DNA of 64,000 nt from Eledone cirrhosa (Eukaryota). Each line of letters begins with the position of its first letter. Position 1 is the first letter of the stretch. Under the pieces are notes generated by a model that was given only the letters and a program-made list of their open reading frames with translations, was not told where the DNA came from and ran no database searches. Below, in pieces: positions 1-13,310 of the stretch. The translations under genes and the position numbers were made by a program. The stretch is from contig OZ024742.1 of NCBI GenBank assembly GCA_964016885.1, positions 180,792,001 to 180,856,000 on the forward strand, in the 5' to 3' direction.

Positions 1-960
1 TGTTATTGAAAACGAAGTAATTGTTCTCCAAGATAAATTTGAGTCCTTCTATCAGGAATTCTTTTGTGATGCGTTGTGAGAGTTCATTGTGGTAATTATC
101 CAGCCAGAATTGGATAGCTTCTATTCCTAGGTTGTGGGGGATGTTGGAGTATAAGTTGACTACATCGAACGTCACTAGTAGGGTTTGTTCAGTAAGGGAA
201 CATATTAGGGAAGTGATTGAGCATATCTAGGTCGTCCCTTATATAGCTTTTGATGTGTTTGAGAAAAGGCTTGAGAAGGGTGTCAATGAAGTTGCTAAGG
301 CGGTGGGTTTCGCAAGCGGGGCCTGCTATTTGAGATCATTGGGTGAGGGGACGTTGATGACTATGTCTGTGGCTTCCTTGCATGCCTTACTTATTAATTC
401 GCTTTTATGTACTTTAGGGATACCGTAGAAAAGGCTGGATTTACTTGTGAAGTCTGTGATGAAGCTGAATTCCTTGTTAGTGAGTCCTTCTTTGCATTGG
501 TTGATCAGAGCTTTTAGGCTTCTCATAATTTTCTGTTGATTGTAGTGATCAGCCTTTTCGTAGTATGTTTCGTTTTCCAAAGTGGAGAGCGCTAAGTTGA
601 TATAGAATTCTGTCTCCATTAGGACTACTGCACTCTCTTTATCAGCCTCTTTAATTCTAATAGTTCTGTCGGTTTTTAATCTATTTAATTCTTCCCATTC
701 TTTCTTGTTGAGGTTTGGTTTGTGTGTTTGTCTGTGCAAGTGTTGGTAATGGACGTTTGTGATGTGTTCACAGAATTCGTCCAGGATTTTATTTCTACCT
801 TTTGATGGGATGTAGTTGCTTCTATTTCTGGCTAATGATTCATCCTCATTGTACTAGTCGAATAGTTCTTCACTGAGTCGTAACTTTCTACAGAAGTCTG
901 TGATGTCTTCCTTCATTTCATAGTAGTTAGGGTCGGTGTGAATTTAAAACCTTTGGAGAA
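1..960 (-). pseudogene. PLE reverse transcriptase, N-terminal part, disrupted
   Basis: ORF 326-739 (ADK...AVV, FYG.PKVHK) plus continuation FDVVNLYSNIP beyond the stop at 326; stops and frameshifts present. Confidence 0.85.
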
Positions 961-2414
961 TAAGTTGATAAGGTTGGGAGTTGGTTCTGCACTAGTTAGA
1001 TTGATAATTTTTATTACTCTCGGTTTCTCCTCCCTGTCTTGTGTTATTTTGTTTGCCTGTGTCTGTGTGCTGTGTCTAAAAAATGTTTGGGGTAGAGGGG
1101 TTGTTTGCTGATGTTCAGTTGTCTCCTGCGTTTGTTATATTCCTTCTTGTTGTAAAATGTGGTTCGGGTTTGTGGTTGTGGATTGAATGGGGTGTTCCTG
1201 TATTGCGAGTATGGATGTGTGTTTCTATGTGCCATGTTGGATTGTGGTGTTATAGGTGGCCTAAGTTGTTGGTTGTATCGTGTGGTGTGGGTTTGTTGTG
1301 TATTGTGGAATCGAGAGTTGAGAAAATGGAAATTACCTTGCTGTCCCCTTGTGGCGGGGAAGTTGTTACATCTATCATGATAGTGGTATCTTTTCCCTAT
1401 GTTTGACGATGAGGCATCTGCGTAGTAGTTGAGTGATTTGCTATGGTATCTCCTTGAAGGGGGCAAGTTGTAAATGTCATTCTGGGGGTGATGATTTCTA
1501 AGGTTTTTGTTCCTTCTTATGGAAGCGAAGTTGGGAAGTTCATCTTCGGTGTGGTGCTTCCTTCTTCTTTTGCTGGGGAAGGGGGGGGTCCGAAGTTGTT
1601 GTGCGGTTGGGTTATCGGTTTTCCTATTTTATGAACGGGTTATTGGAGGTGTAATCCGTTTGAAAAGTCGATTCATAGTTTAGGAACCAAGCGGCACTTT
1701 TTTCCCAGCGTTAAAGGGATTTCAGCTCTTCTTTGTTGCAGTCCTCTTTCCATAATTTAGAGATCTTCTCTACGTTGGGTCCTTCAGTCTTATTGTTGAT
1801 TTCAAGGAGGATCTCTTCATCGATGGTTTTGATTTTTTCCTCATTTGTCTGGGCTTTCAATTTAAGAAGTTCAATTTCTGTCTTCATTTTTTCCAATGCC
1901 ATTCTTTCCCTAAGGTGTCTTTGAGGCTCGGGTTCATTTGGAATGGACATTATTTGTATTTTACGGGGGAGAATTAGAGGGGTTGAGTTAAGCCATTTTT
2001 CATATATCTCCGCTTTATTGTGATTTTGTATCATCTTCCAGAAGGAGAACTTTCTGTCTCTGAGGGATTAGTTCCATTTTAGGATTGTTCGAATTTTCAT
2101 TTTGTATGAATCAATCTCACATGGTTCTTCGTTGGTTTTTCCTGGGTTGGTAGTAGTGAACATAGTTTGGATAGTATCGCAAAGGTTTTGAAGTATATCG
2201 CCGATTTCGGAGGGTTTGTATCCAGTAACGGTTTCCTCATTTGTGGAGTCAAGTTTGTCGACTAGCACAGATAGGTTGGTGTTAATTTTCTTGAGTTCCT
2301 GTAGAATCTCTTCATTTGTGTTGATAAGTGTTGTATCTGTTTTGTTGGCATTTTCTGTATCTCGTGTGGGGATATGATATTTTTTAAAAATAGAGGTGTG
2401 ACACACGAGTTGTG

Positions 2415-3257
2415 ATATATTAGTAAAAAGGAAAAGAAAATGCTGACAAATTTTTCCCACTGAAAAATAGTTTAATTAGGAATAAGTATAAATTAGTAAT
2501 AAGTATTGGTTAGTATTCAGTTTTAGTTTTAAGTTTTTACTGGTTGCGCATTTCTAATACTTTTCAAAAATAATTTTGAGATAGAGCGCCCGTGATGTTT
2601 GCTCTAATCTGATCAGTTTTGGAAATTCTTCCTGTTTTATGTGAAAAAAGTGGCTCTAGAGGTATTAAGATTTGATTGGTTGTTGAATGTTACGTGAATA
2701 ATTACTATAAATTTCATGCCAATTCGTGTTGCAAAAATGTTTGTAGTCAAAACAATTTTGATTGGTCGGTAGAGGTCACATGAATGTTAAAAATTGATTT
2801 TAGAGCGAACTGGTTTGGCGCCAAATGTAGGTTTGTCGAAGAGTGTCCTTTTTCACTTGATTGAGTTGCAGTCATGTTGAGAAGTCACTGAGAAAAATAT
2901 GTGTGTGTGTGTAGTAAAATTGTTTTGACTACAAGAATTTTTGCTACAAGAATTGGCGCAAAATTTATAGTACTTATTCACATGACATTCAACAACCAAC
3001 AAAATCTTAATACCTCTGGAGCCACTTTTTTCACATAAAACAGGAAGAATTTCCAAAACTGATCAGATTAGAGCAAACATCACGAGCGTTCTATCTCAAA
3101 ATTATTTTTGAAAAGCATTAGAAATGCGCAACTGGTAAAAACTTAAAACTAAAACTGAATACTAACCAATACTTATTACTAATTTGTACTTATTCCTAAT
3201 TAAACTATTTTCCACTGGGAAAAATTTGTCAGCATTTTCTTTTCCTTTTTACTAATA
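2415..3257. repeat. Inverted repeat, arms ~2415-2760 and ~2915-3257 (inverted pLTR)
   Basis: tagtaaaaaggaaaagaaaatgctgacaaattttt at 2421 is the reverse complement of aaaaatttgtcagcattttcttttcctttttacta near 3220; arms are roughly 90% identical by eye. Confidence 0.95.
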
Positions 3258-5039
3258 TATATATATATATATAGTTCAAGTATAGACAAAACAGAGTTGC
3301 AAAAACACAAAATCTTACTAGGTTAACGCTTAGGAAGAAGTAAATGAGTGTTCCATCATGACGGACATAAATCCTTCAGGAAATGGAGACTTCAGAGTGA
3401 GAGAGAGAGAGAGAAAAAGATGGAACAACAGAGTTCGAAAAAAAAAACGTTTTAAGAAGGCTGAGGGATGTAGGCAAATATGCTCCATCAATCTTCACCT
3501 CTTTTGAAAAAAATCTTTGTGAAAATTATTTGTGAAAATTCACAAATTGATCGTGCATGCAAGATCAATCTGCTATGATTTATCAAATACCATCTTAACA
3601 TTCTCACTGTCATCAAATACATATACTTAAGTTTCATGCATTTTAAGTAATAAAAAATACCTCTATGATTACATATTGAGGGATCATTCTTTCGTAACTA
3701 CAATTCACATGCAGATAATTATATATAAGTGTGTGTGTGTAAAATCAAATATTAATTCTTATATTTTGAAATTGTTTGAAATATTAATTATCTTGTATAA
3801 CACTTGCTATTAACTGTAGAGCCTGTAGTTTTTACTCAACCACATGATACCCCCCACTTCAATTAGTCTTAACATTTTACTGCAACTATCTCACACTTTT
3901 ATTCTCTGACACTCACTCGTGTCTATTCTCATTCTCCCACTCTCGCCCATTCTCTTTGTCATCTGACAGCCTCCTACCTCAACCGTATCATGTATGACAG
4001 CAACATAAAAACACATTGCTATGTGGGGATTTAAAATGTTAAAATTAATTTTACAACACGCATAGGGAATGTTAAAATATTTTAACTCTTTTCATACCAA
4101 ACTGCATGAAACCAACTTTCATTTTATTAAATAAAACTGTTTGTTATAAAATGTTTATATTTATCAAACAACTTCCATCATATTTTTTTTTATTTAATAA
4201 CTTGTGTTAAGTTCCAAACACCAACTTAATAATGAGAAAGTGAGTTTATTACTGAATCACAAAGTTATTTGAAAACCATAGACAGTGTCTTTCATTAGAA
4301 GTTCACCATTGAAAATATTAATAGATTCCTTAGATATACAGGTGTTTCATTCGTTGCTGTTTTATTTTTGTCTTTTTATTGTGTTTTTTTACACCAAATT
4401 CTTCTATAGAGTTGTTTGATAACAGAACAGCTTGTCCGTGAAATTAATGTATAAGTCCCTGAGCAGTCAACAGACATGTGTACCCCAAATGAAATTTTCA
4501 GTAAGATTTAACATGATAGTAGGTAACAAGACTGGCTCTTTGCATTACAGAAACAGTCCATCCCATCAGCTTTCAAACAATTTCTGTTTATCCTAATTTC
4601 GCTTACAAATTTTGGGTTGATCCCAGACTATGTTAAAAAATACTTGCCCAAAATACCAAGCAGTGGGACTGAACCCAGGACTTTATGATTACAAATCAAA
4701 ATTCTTAACCCTTCAGCCATGCTGCAACCACTTCTTTGAACTGTCTATGCATGATCAAAAATGTTTTTTTCTTCTCTGTGCCTTTGTTTATATATCTTTA
4801 GCCCAGAAATGTTTTGAAAGACAACTAATACTTCAACTGACAAATCGCAACACTTCAGTGTTACCATACAAGAATTGTTTCAACAGCTGATTTTAAACAT
4901 TTATTTGTAGGAAAAAGAAAACTGTTTGTCTTCTTTCTCCTTCACTTGTATACAGTATGTAATATTGTATGTAATAGCAACATTTATTCAGTTTACAATT
5001 GAGGTCTCTCTTATGTAAGCTTAAGTTTGAAATGCAAAT

Positions 5040-5299
5040 ATATTTGCCAATCTATTTATCTATCTGCCTCTTTGTCAATCAATTTATCTTGCTGTCTATC
5101 TATGTATCTATCTTTCTATATATTTATTTATCTATTTATCTGCCTAACATTTGAATGCTTTAAATATAATTGTATTTTGAATACCCATTCAAATATATAT
5201 CTAGCTATCTGTCTGTCTGACTAACTGTCTGTTCATCTACCTATCTGTCTGTTCATCTATCTATCTATCTGTTCATCTATCTATCTATCTATCTGTCTG

Positions 5300-5353
<54 letters not shown>

Positions 5354-5432
5354 CATCTAGCTATCTATCTGTCTGTCTGTCTGTCTAACTACCTATAACC
5401 ATCTGCTCATCCATCAATCTATCTGTCTGTCT
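5040..5432. repeat. (TCTA)n/(TCTG)n microsatellite
   Basis: Direct reading. Confidence 0.95.
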
Positions 5433-5521
5433 AATAAATATTAGTTCTTAATACACAATAAGCAACTATCTGAATTTCAATTCTATTAATCTTATATCAT
5501 ATGCTGTTATAACTGCTGATG

Positions 5522-5554
<33 letters not shown>

Positions 5555-6231
5555 TTGCCAATTGCAATAAATATTAGAGTGATTTGATTAAATCACCCTC
5601 ATTATATAACCGGTACATTATTTTGTCAACCTGTTAATTCTGAAATGCAAAGTAGAATTTAGCAGAAACTGAATTCAGAACATAAAGGGCCATAACTAAA
5701 TATGACTCTAACAATTCTAGCAATCCACTGTCTTAGCAAGATTAAGTAGTAGCCCTATTAAACCGTCTAAAATATTTATCATCATCATCATCGTCATCAT
5801 CATCATCTGTGTCGGCGTCGGCTTTACTGTCATCATCATCATTACCATTTCATTAGAGCTTTCAGTGTTGACATGAGTTAGACAGGTTGTCACATTCTTA
5901 GGCCAAACTTGTCAGATGACTGTGTCTTGCTCATAGTTTCTACAGTTGGATGCCCTTCTCAATGCCAACCACTTCTCTGTGTGTACTGGGTGTATTTTAT
6001 CATGGTATCTCTGACAAGGCGGACTGGGTGCTTTTATCATGGTACTAGCACTTCTACTTTACAGAGTAGGGTGGTTGCATTCATCCTGGCACCATCATGA
6101 TCACTTTACAGTGTTCAGTTGAATGCATTTTATTGTTTATCTAAACTTTATCTAAACCGTTTATCTAAAACTTTTCACTATAATTTTATGTAAGAACATT
6201 TAAGTTATGTTTCACATACCAGCTTAATAAT

Positions 6232-6452
6232 GGTTTCTGATTTAGGCACAAGGCCAACAATTGTTGGGGGGGGAGGGGAAGTTGATTAAATCGACTCCAG
6301 TACATTACTGGTGCTTTATTTTATAGATCCCGTAAGGATGAACGGCAAAGCTAACCTCGACAGGATTTGAACGCAAATTGTAAAGTATCATAACTCTATG
6401 CCACAAAGCATGTTGTCCGACACTTTACCGATATAGCCAATCCACTGCCCTG
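6232..6452 (-). mobile_element. SINE family A (tRNA-like head plus Nin-like domain gcctttcatcc...ggtcgataaaataaagtaccag); further copies near 5590, 14088, 35545, 42845, 46393, 56070, 56275, 58820, 61150, 62165, 62380
   Basis: Recurring ggcacaaggcc...atcgaccccagt...actggtactttattttatcgacccc..aaggatgaaaggcaaag..aacctcggc.ggatt(t/c)gaac block; B-box GTTCRAATCC on the opposite strand. Confidence 0.8.
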
Positions 6453-7374
6453 CATACCAGCTTAATAATAAGAAACTTGGTCATATTAATTACTTGCTAA
6501 TTTTTGAGTATTTTCAAATTGATTTAAAAACCTTGAGCAATGAAAAGGCACTGTTTTTTAATCATAAAAAAAATTGTGGTAATGAAATGGTTAACTGGTG
6601 TTAGCCATCGATACATTTTAGGACCATTTTTATCATGCTATCAAAAATGAATGTACTCTTGAATAAAATCTATATTTGAAATGTCATAATTGAATTTATT
6701 ATGGATAAAAAAAAATGGAAATAACTTAGAGGTGGTGCTATCTTGTAGATATTACTCCAAGCATGCTGTGTTTTAAATTTATATTTCTTAAAAATGTTTT
6801 TTTAAACATTGCTGTTTTACCAGCAAAATATTTATTCTTTTGCCTACAAACTTTCTAAATAATATTATTAAGATTATTTCACACCCACTACTACTGAAAA
6901 TAACTAAAGTGATTATTACATAGATTTACTCAAACTGAAAGTTCTATAATTATTACATTAGCCCTGTTAATTCTTCGCCAGCTAAAAATATTTATACACA
7001 AATGCAGATAAAACTGATAGTTGTTGTTGTTGTTTAGTCGAAAGTAAACATCCATCAAAAGTATTTCAGCCATACCAACTCTTGTGTTTTTATCTATATA
7101 AATGTATGTGTTTTTGCATACACATTTCTCACAGCTTCAGTTAAATCCTATATTGTTTTTGTACAGATATAAATTTATTTCTTACAATATCCATTTTATT
7201 GCAAAATTTGTTGTGAAAGCCCTGAAATCTAAAGAGCACACACAAAAAAAAAATTATATCTAGATTATAGGACAATTTTTTAAGTAAGTTTTTTTATTTA
7301 AGATTCGGAACAATTAGCATACGACATCTTTTGAATTGAAAAAAAAAAAAAGGAAATTTACAACACACTCCTAA

Positions 7375-7670
7375 GCTTGTTTAGCTGCCTGTCTATGAGG
7401 TTGCATTTTATAGAAGACTTCTTGGGTGTTTTAATGATAGAAGCCCTAGTTCGGTCATGTTTTTTTTTACTGCTCACACACACCTTTGCAGGTTTAGCTG
7501 GCCTCCTACAAACCTGCATCTCATAGAAGATTTCTTGGATATTTTAATGATGGGGACCACAGTCCAATCACTTTGGTATAGCACATACCCATGTAAGTTT
7601 AGCTGATCTCCTGCTGCATTTCATAGGAGGTTTCTTAGTTATTTTAATGACAGAGGCAGGGGTCCAATCA
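7375..7670. repeat. Degenerate tandem repeat, ~110-bp unit x3
   Basis: gtttagctg...tgcat.t.atag.ag..ttctt.g.t.ttttaatga recurs at ~7379, 7492 and 7597. Confidence 0.75.
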
Positions 7671-8529
7671 TGAAGAGTAAGAGGAAATAAAGTATCTTGC
7701 TCAAGAACACAATGTATTCAATGGTCCAGGTACTGAACCTATGAGCTTATGATCAGGAGTGCAGCACTCTAACCATTAGGCTATGGACATTTTATTTAAT
7801 TGTTCATTTAAATCTTTTACATTACAATTTTGTTTCACTTTTATTTTTAGAAATCAGAAAATTCTACTAGAGAATTAAGGATATGGATTTTTACAGCTTT
7901 TATGTTATGTCATTTCATCAATTTTACAACATCCTGCTCTGCTATTTCCAGAAGTTTACATCAATTTTATCAGCTATTTTTGGAATTTTACAAGTATTTT
8001 TCAAAGTAAAGTGAGGATATTATATATAGTTTTATAGACATTTGACAAGATAATCTCCTAGCACAGAGAAATTACACACCTCACAGACAACAAATTGACA
8101 ATGCTAAATAATCTTTAGCTGATAACAATAGTTTCTTAGAAAAACTATTTAGTAGGTCTAGAGAACAGGACAGCTCTCATGGCTTTTGCAGGCCCACTGA
8201 GACCTATTTAGATTGATGTTGATGTTCTGTCTAACCTGTTGCAAATTCACACATGTAGAAAAGATATGTTCAGAGAGAAAACATTGTAAGCAGAGCAGAT
8301 TGGGAATAGTAGTGGACACAACATTGATGGTGAAAGGAGAGGTATTTAAGTCAGGAAAGTCTGTGAGGAGGTGGAATGATGCCTGCCAGTTCTGAGATAC
8401 TGATGCCATTGCAGTAGTGATAAAAAAGGCAGAGAGGAAAGAATACAATACACTAAAGGACTCAGACTGTAGTATAGCTGTAAGTTAATTTATGCCAATT
8501 AGTTATATTTTCACCTGATAGTGCCAACA

Positions 8530-9095
8530 AGGATCTCAAGTTTATAAATATCATGATAACTAGAGATAAAAGGTGGAAGTATGGGCACAATCTAAAAAGC
8601 AAGGCTCAGTCAATACAGCCAAAGTATCCAACATTGCCAAGGCCCAAGAAAGCATATCAGGTATAGAGCAAAATCAAGGAGAATCTGACTGTTTTCTTTA
8701 ACTACCAAGGCATTCTGCATTATGACTACACACCAGGACAGTTAAAAGGAGTTATGTTAGGAAGTCCTCTGATTTCATAGTATAAGAGACCAGATCTGTA
8801 GGCATTGCAAAACTGGCAGCTGTCTCATGTCAAGTTTCTTGTCAAAGAAAGACATTTAACTCCTATGCCAGGTTCCCTACTTTTCACAAAAGGCTATTTC
8901 TAACTTCTGGTTGTTTCCAAAAATGAAGGTGTTATTGAAAGACTGCTGATTTGGGAGCTGGAGGACATCATGTGGACTGCAATGGCAGCAATAGGAGTCA
9001 TTCTTGAACATTTCCAGACATCATTCAAACAGTGGAATGGTCACTGGGCCATGTGTGTGAAAGCACAAGGGGCCTACTTCAAAGGGAATTAGTAA
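8530..9095 (+). mobile_element. mariner transposase relic
   Basis: Degenerate IITRDKRW (IITGDEKW-like), FWLFPKMK..LK and W..CVKAQGAYFKGN* C-terminal motifs, broken by many indels. Confidence 0.7.
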
Positions 9096-9289
9096 GTGGA
9101 AGGGTTAATGGACTCTATGTTTGGAAGCACAAGAAGTGGCCTATTTCAAAGTAATTGAACCCTCCCCCACCCAGTATACAATTCTTTTTCCCTGCATATT
9201 TGACAGAACTTGTGTGTGTTTATATAATATGTGTGTGTGTGAGTGTAATTTACAAAGCATTATGGAAGTTTGAAGTTCTGTTATCCGTT

Positions 9290-9955
9290 GAATGAGGAAA
9301 ATGAATGGCAGTGAGAGTCTACCCCATGTACACCCAACTGAGGGATCAGCCATAAAAGTTAACAGTAGTTTGATAGATAAAGCAAGTAAGGAGATGAAGG
9401 TAGAGACGGTAGCTTGATTATCTAGTGTATTTGCTGAGATGCTAAAAGCAAGTCAGACATATAGTTACTCAAGTAGTACAGGAAGGGATCATCCCCCAAT
9501 AACTGATGCAGCAGTATCATTGTCAATTACTACAAGCACAAGGGAGATACATCAGAGAGAAGTAACTACAGAGGCATCAAGTTGATGGACCAGGCCATGA
9601 AATTGCTGAAAAGGTTATAGTACAACTAATTAGGGAAAGAATCAATTTATTTTAGGTAAGGATACTACCAATGTTGTTTTTCTGGTGGGACAACTACAGA
9701 TGTACTTACCTAAGTGTAAGACACTGTACCTAGTATTTGTGGATCTAGAAATGGCCTTTGACAGGATCCCACACTCAGGAACTTAGGAAGCTAGGTGTAG
9801 ATGAATGATATGTGAGGGTTGTGCAGGCCATGCATAATGGAGCATCCAGCAAAGTGAGAGTTGGCAATGAGTACAGTGATAAATTTGAAATGAAAATGGG
9901 TATCCATAAAGGCGCAAGCCTCCTTGCTAGCAGGGAAACAGATGGTAAATGATTA
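9290..9955 (+). mobile_element. RTE LINE relic (RT region joined to 3' tail), same family as 36.4-39.7 kb
   Basis: Colinear similarity to 37940-38600 (AEMLKAS, NYRGIKLMDQAMK, LYLVFVDLEMAFDR) followed by a cttgc.agcagggaaa..gat 3' end. Confidence 0.8.
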
Positions 9956-9959
9956 TATA

Positions 9960-10820
9960 TCACCATCATCATTTTTACGTCTTCTTTCCCATGCTTGATT
10001 GGGTTTAACAGGTCCTACTCAGCACAGCATCTCTCCACTTATCACATTCCTCTACCAGTCTTAACGATATGAAGTCTGCTTGCACAAACTCTGCCCATGT
10101 CTTTCTTGGTTATCCTCTATTGTAGCTTCCCTCCACTTGGATTTCTTGGCAATTCTTCACCCATCAGTCATTGTCTATGTGCATCACATGTCCATACCAA
10201 CGTAGTCTTCTCTCCTGTACACCATTTTGGATTCCACTTAAGCCCAGATTCTCTCTCAGTTTGTTCAAGCTTTGCCTTTCTCTCATATTTACATTGCACA
10301 TCCAATGAAACATGGTTGCTTCATTTCTCTCCAGTCTATGCATGTCCTATGCGGTCACAGCCCATGTTTCACTCCCATGCAACACTGCGCACCATACACA
10401 GGTGTTATACAATGTTCCCTTTGTATATAAGGAGAAACCTTTTGTGTCAACAATGGGAGCAGTTCTCTAAACTTCTTCCATCCTATCCTTATTCTAGCTA
10501 TTATACACCTGGTGCACCCTCCTTCACTGCTAATTAGGCCACCTAGGTAGCAGAAGCTATTAACCACATCTATAAATCCTCCCTATGAATGGAAAAGTTT
10601 TATATCATTAGTAGTTTTCCTCTCGATTTCTCGTGTGTATCTTCTACATGCAAAGTTCTCTCTTGCTGTTAGTCTACTACATCTTTTGTATACCCAAGAT
10701 TTACATTGTGTACATTATATGAAGTTTATGCCTGCTCCTTTTCTGCATATTGAGCATTGCCACTTCCCTGAGGGAATCTGGGTCCTGTCTTCTCTCCTAC
10801 TCACTTTGTAGTCCCCTAGT
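9960..10820 (-). mobile_element. RTE LINE 3' portion relic
   Basis: ORF 10355-10567 SFCYLG...ARIRIGWKKFRELLPLLT matches the 38496-39398 protein; (GAT)n tail at ~9960. Confidence 0.85.
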
Positions 10821-11489
10821 TAAATCAGGGGTAACCACAGTTAAAAGGTATTCAATACATTTCTAGAGTGTAAACATCATTATTTAGTATAGAATGTGCA
10901 TTTCTGATGATTTCATACGAATGAAACAGTTCTAGTCCTGTAGAAGTCATTTCAATATTAAATAATTATATATATATAATGGAAAAGTGAATATAATGAC
11001 CTTTTTGTGATTTCTTTTTAAATGGCTGAAACAACTCTTCTCTGATGTAATTGCTTCAGTTTCATCTCACAGTCTCATGTGAAGTCACTTGCCAAACAAG
11101 TACAATATAATTGAATTTATTGCTCTATACAACATCTAAATATGAGATACTTAATTGCTGTTCAGAGAGTTCATATTGAACAATAATAATAACAAAAATA
11201 AAAAAAACAAGTCTTAGTGAGTTTAATATCCTTTATACAATCTGAAACATTTCATAACCAATTTTCAATGTCCTATTCTTTCAATGGCAGTTTGGTTAAT
11301 CACATCTCCAGGGATATTCTTCATTATAAGGTATCAGGCAATTGCGTCCATAATTGTTTTCTATTTTATCACATTTGTGAAAGATTGATGGAAATATTGA
11401 TTAAGGAGTTTTTATCAGGTGATATTGATTTTTCACTTTGGTATTGATTTTTATTGTATTTCTAATTTGATAATGTAAACCTTTCTAGA

Positions 11490-11650
11490 TGCAACATGGC
11501 TGAATGGTTAAGAGGTTCACTTTGTAATCATAGGTCTCAGTTTCGATTCCACTGTTTGGCATCTTGGCAAGTTTCATTTATCCCTTTGTCAACCCATTCC
11601 CTTTGAATGAAACTGGGTAGACAGAAACTGTTTGGAAACCTGTCATATAG
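11490..11650 (+). mobile_element. tRNA-headed SINE family B, degenerate (other copies ~4625-4720, 7690-7790, 18820-18970, 22660-22720)
   Basis: catggctgaatggttaagag (A-box-like) and tttcgattcc (B-box-like). Confidence 0.65.
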
Positions 11651-11710
11651 ACTACACTCATAATTCAAAGAGCTATCCAGTTTATATGCTCAGTCTCACC
11701 ATAATTTACC

Positions 11711-11899
11711 TTAACCCTTTAGCATTTACATTACTCTATATGTACTATTGCATTTTCTCATAAAATATTGAATCTACGAAATTTTGATGCTATTTATTTT
11801 GAGAACAATACCTAAACATCAATATGAGTGGTCGGTTTGAACAGAAGGTGGTGAGAGAATTTGGGCTGGATATGGCCAGTTTAAATGCTAAAGGGTTAA
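11711..11899. mobile_element. piggyBac-type MITE
   Basis: TTAA-CCCTTTAGCATTTA ... TAAATGCTAAAGGG-TTAA: 14-bp TIRs with TTAA target duplications; partial copies at ~20600-20810 and ~24045-24250. Confidence 0.85.
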
Positions 11900-12419
11900 G
11901 GGTACACATGTCTGTGAAAGGTTTAACCACATATATGATAATTTCATGAGCAGGCAGTTTAGTTGATCAAACAACTAGAACATTTGTCGAATTTGCCAGA
12001 AGTCCATCATCATTATCATCAGCAATATGAACCCTAAATTTCAGAGGAAAGACTGTTATTCATTACTAATCCCACTAATAACCCCCATCCCACCTGTCAC
12101 ACATCCACCCATATATACACACACACAGTGAGTTGATGACATAAAGTAAGTAAATTTAACTTGAAATTGAAATCTACACTCTGATATGCTGACTGAGTAA
12201 ATCTATGATAAAAATCCTTCCAGTCATAACCATCCCATTTTATTTCACAAAACTGTTCCTAGCTCTGTTTTACTCAATAAAAACTTTTTGTTTACTACGG
12301 TTTCCAACTTGAATTAATTTGGAGGGATTTACTAATATAACTAACTTGCTCATTATTTAACTGATATTTGGAATATAATTTAATATCCTCGTTGCAGACC
12401 TGTCTCACATGTGCAGTCT

Positions 12420-13310
12420 AACTGAACAAGAAAGACAGGTACACCATTTCATCCATCGCCTGCAGTTCTCTGGCAATAGCCAAAGAGACAGAATCAGTGT
12501 ATACAAAAGGGTCATGGTCAAATACAAAACCCTCATAGAGATGGATATGAAAGGGATGTTCCTGCTGTACAAGAGCAAATCATGGAATAGCATAGATAGA
12601 ACTAAGAAAAAGATAAGGAGGGCTTACTCATAGTATGGCAACTAGACATACCAGGCATATTAGACATACTCATAGTATGACAGCATGATATACAAGATTG
12701 TGATGTTCGTGGATGCAGCCCCTGAAAGGCCCTAAGAAAAGCCAGGAACTACCATAACAACCCTAATTAATAAAACATACCTCTTTAAGAAAACTGGCTC
12801 ATAGTAAAATAGATAACATAGAAATTAAACATAAAAGGACTTGACAAATTATGGAGGCTACAGAAATAGAATTAAGAAAACCTATGCTGAACAGAAAACA
12901 TGAGTGGAATAACAACAACCATACTCAAACATAGAATACAAACCCATAAACAGATGCAGACTTAGACATGAACATACAAGCACACACCAAACAGAATACA
13001 TTCACACAAATGCATGTGCAAATAAAGATAACCAAAGAAACATTATAGAAACACAACAGGAGGAAACACAGTGATAATCACTGAATATGTCACAGAAATG
13101 TGTGACAAAAGAACTTTGAGACATTATATTTCTATTTATATTTTTAACTGTTGGTCAATCAATGATTGGCAGCTAAATTATTTAAGGAAATATAAAATAA
13201 TATATTGAAACTGAAGCAAAAATCAAACCAAACAGTGTGTTTTACTATATTTTGGCAATATTAGGACATGACCCTCCCCAAATATAACAATTTGATAACA
13301 GTCCTTACAT
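12420..13310 (+). mobile_element. Old PLE 3' relic ending in a degenerate copy of the 26-kb pLTR family
   Basis: 13060-13290 aligns with 26215-26490 (acacaacaggaggaaa, ca-ctga.., gaactttga, aaaccaaacagtg, gaccctccccaa.tataacaat). Weak resemblance to a PLE endonuclease C-terminus at ~12470-12570. Confidence 0.55.

Larger units (their letters stand above)
1..3257 (-). mobile_element. Penelope-like retroelement, decayed, with inverted pseudo-LTR at its 5' end; runs off the window start
   Basis: Minus-strand RT motifs typical of PLEs: IKEADKESAVVLM, FYGIPKVHK, then (after a stop and a frameshift) CETHRLSNFIDTLLKP, LVTFDVVNLYSNIPHNLGIEAI, LENNYFVFNN. Upstream broken frames 1044-2460; 345-bp inverted repeat at 2415-3257. 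Confidence 0.85.
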
